Positions 61,296-64,000 of a DNA stretch of 64,000 nucleotides are shown one piece after another. The translations under genes were made by a program, and so were the position numbers. Every line of letters begins with the position of its first letter. The stretch's first letter is position 1. The stretch comes from Phoronis australis (lineage: Eukaryota > Animalia > Phoronida): positions 1,508,710 to 1,572,709 of the forward strand of contig NMRA01000026.1 in the NCBI GenBank assembly GCA_002633005.1, written 5' to 3'. The notes under the pieces were generated by a model. That model had not been told where the DNA came from. It searched no databases and was given only the letters and a program-made list of their open reading frames with translations.

Positions 61296-64000
61296 CTGTA
61301 GTTATCAACGTTAAAATCAAACTCAGCGTGACTTGCCAATCAGAATCTTTGCTCACAGGGAAAATGTGACAGCCAGCTTAGACGCAAACTGATCTACAAC
61401 TGAAACTTTATGGCGGTGATAGTGAACTCGTTGGCACTGTTCCACTTTGAACGTGACTGAACTGATTCGAAAATTCTATTACGTAACATCAACTAAAAAT
61501 TTCGGTTGCCACTCACTTCGGTAACCATTTTATTCGTGCACCAATGAAAATCCATGTTGTGTTGAAAAAACATTTTTGGGGTTAATTTTCGAATAAAATG
61601 GTTCGCGTAAAGATCCATTTCATGAAGTTATTAAAAATGAAGCAGAAAGAGTGCTTTAAGCCCGACGCACATCAGGAGAAACTTTCAATGGGAAAATTCG
61701 ATTGAGATAATTTTCGCCATGTTGGTTTCCTGCATATAAGGCGCAAATTTCGCAGCCGTAAATTCGACAGAAGGAATTCATCACTAAGTAAGTCCGCAGC
61801 AAACTATGCAAAACTTTAAAAATATCAAACATGGCAGGTCTTCGGTTGCAGTGAAAAGTTCGTATGAAAATTGTCCCCGCACACCGTGCAATAACTTTCT
61901 GAGCGAAAATCCGATGCGAAAGTTTCACCTTGTGTGTGTCGGCTATTATGTTTTTATATAACGTTATCGCCAAAATCGCATTTGAAAAATAACTAGAACC
62001 TGGTCTTCCGATACTCATAAACTTAGATAACAAAATAAATGGCAATGCACTCCTTATCGACGCGATAAGTTAGCCTATATGACTAAATTATCTAGGTCTA
62101 GATGATTGGTGCTCAACAGGAAGTAGACGAGAAACTACTATTTGGGGATTATTTGGCTTCTCTTGACGACTGTGTTTTTTAAGATAAGATAAGGGTGACA
62201 TAACTGTAGACGACGTGACTCTCTGAGGCCGCGGCGCTGTGGGCAAAAAATACAACGCGACAGTATACACGCCAGCTGTGTGCGCTCAACATATGTGTTA
62301 GCTTCACTGTTTATCCTAGAGGCCCGTTCCAAGAAAACTGGCTTAGCTAAGGCAAATCTTAAACTTAAGATAATTTTATGATAAAACTTCAATTTGTCTT
62401 AAGTCCGTTCCAAAAAGTGATCTTAAAGAGCCACGGAACGCGAAAGCTTGTCAAAAATATCTTTTAAACAACTCCTGACGAAAGTACCTCCTCGCGACGT
62501 CTAGTACATAGTAATTCACTTTACCCTTTGAGGAAGTTTCCAGAAAAACACAATATTCACGATTTTTTCAAATAAGCGCGAAGCGAAAATTATGTTACCA
62601 CAGAGTTTCTAATCTCCCCCCACTTATGATATCCACTTCTCTCAGTCATCTGTTAGCCAAATTTTATTACTTCTCTCCGTCCCTGTTAGTCATTTTGTAT
62701 TATTTCGCCAGTATAATTAGGTTTTAGTTTCTTTCCTCGGTTCCTTTATACTGTTATTTTGTTTATATTGTCACCTTGGGTACTTCAGTTTCTGTTAACC
62801 GCTCGTTTTTTCATATTTTACGTACTTTCTCTTATGTTTTGGGCTTAGCCCTGCATAGCCTCTGTAACATTTTCAGTTCGTTCTGTTGTTCGTTTACGGG
62901 TCCTTATATACCTCTTTCCTTATCTTACTTATGGTACTTTCGTTTCACTCCGTGTATTTTGTTTTTCCTATTTACCAATTTGCCACTTTGTCTCATTGTT
63001 TTGTTCAGTCTTCCATGTACTACTTTTGTATTTTTAGCCTTACTTCTAGTTCCATTCGTTACCGCCACGACACCAGGGTGAGTTGACACCCGGCAGCTGT
63101 TGCAGCACTTGGGTAAACGTACCTCCCCCTCCAGCCTTGGCCCCTGGAGTTAGGGTTGGGTATCCGGCTGCCAGCCTCTGTAAGTATGCGAAACTACACA
63201 ATACCTCCTTTCCTCCCTTTTCTTTCGGTGCGTCCCTGCGGATGGACATGAGCTGTCTTCAACATCTCTCGTGGCGCTTTTTATTGCCCATCTTTCCAGA
63301 GATCATTATTTTATCTTTATGTTATTTGTACACTCATATTTCTCTACCTCATCAGTCATAATAAATCACCTTATATCACATATACACGGTCTCCTTTGTA
63401 TCTCTGGAAACGGAGCTTGCGACGCACCTGTTATTTTCGGAACATATTCCGAACATAAAAGAAAATGCTTTGAAGTCAACAGAAATTGAACATCTTTACG
63501 AACAAACCCTAAAAGCACCAGGTGAACAGGTGGCAGAAAACCACTTTCAATATTGCAATTTAGTCTGTTTACAGCTTTCCATGCCTCTTTAAGTTTGACT
63601 GAATTTTTGTCCTAAGTTCGACTAACTAACCGAATGTGGAAGTTTCAAAGTTTGGAAGTTGAGACAAATCTTAGTCTTTCTTAGACTTAATAAGTCAAAA
63701 ATAAACTTAACTTAGTTTCTTGGAACTTGCCCCTTAGCTTTCCAGGCAAACATTTTTTTTCATATTCATCAGTTATCAAAACGCCAACATCTTATGAATA
63801 AAGGATTTTGTCATATTCTGTCGAGAATTCATTTGATAATTCATTTCAACAAGTTGGAGCCAGTTATCCCGGGAATTTCCGAAAATAAGCCTATGGACGG
63901 ATATTTGGAAANAACACGACTCCGACTGTGCGTTAGTAGCCTTTGCAATCTGGTCTATCAGATACATGTTTCTGAAAAAAACCTACAAGAGAGCCATTAT

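Overview
Eukaryotic (animal, probably marine-invertebrate) genomic DNA, AT-rich and intron/repeat-rich, from a draft assembly with single-N joins and one N gap. No prokaryotic features, rRNA, tRNA or CRISPR were seen. Four spliced protein-coding genes were reconstructed by hand from GT-AG junctions with consistent phases: (1) a SAFB/SLTM-family gene (SAP domain + RRM + Glu/Arg coiled coil) on the minus strand, running off the left edge; (2) a TEDC2-like gene on the plus strand, head-to-head with it; (3,4) two tandem, diverged SRSF2/SC35 paralogs on the minus strand. The most interesting observations are a shared 3'UTR architecture in both SRSF2 paralogs (poly(A) signal inside a 3'UTR intron, i.e. 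a candidate polyadenylation-versus-splicing/NMD switch), a candidate 510-nt poison exon in SAFB, apparently independent insertions of the same ~70-bp micro-transposon (9- and 10-bp TSDs) just upstream of both SRSF2 genes, two long fold-back palindromes in one SRSF2 intron, a transposon carrying a decayed HIRAN-like ORF, and several CAG-ended elements with 5- or 6-bp TSDs. Three apparent tandem duplications sit at single-N joins and are most likely haplotype assembly artefacts. All family assignments come from recalled sequence similarity; no searches were run.
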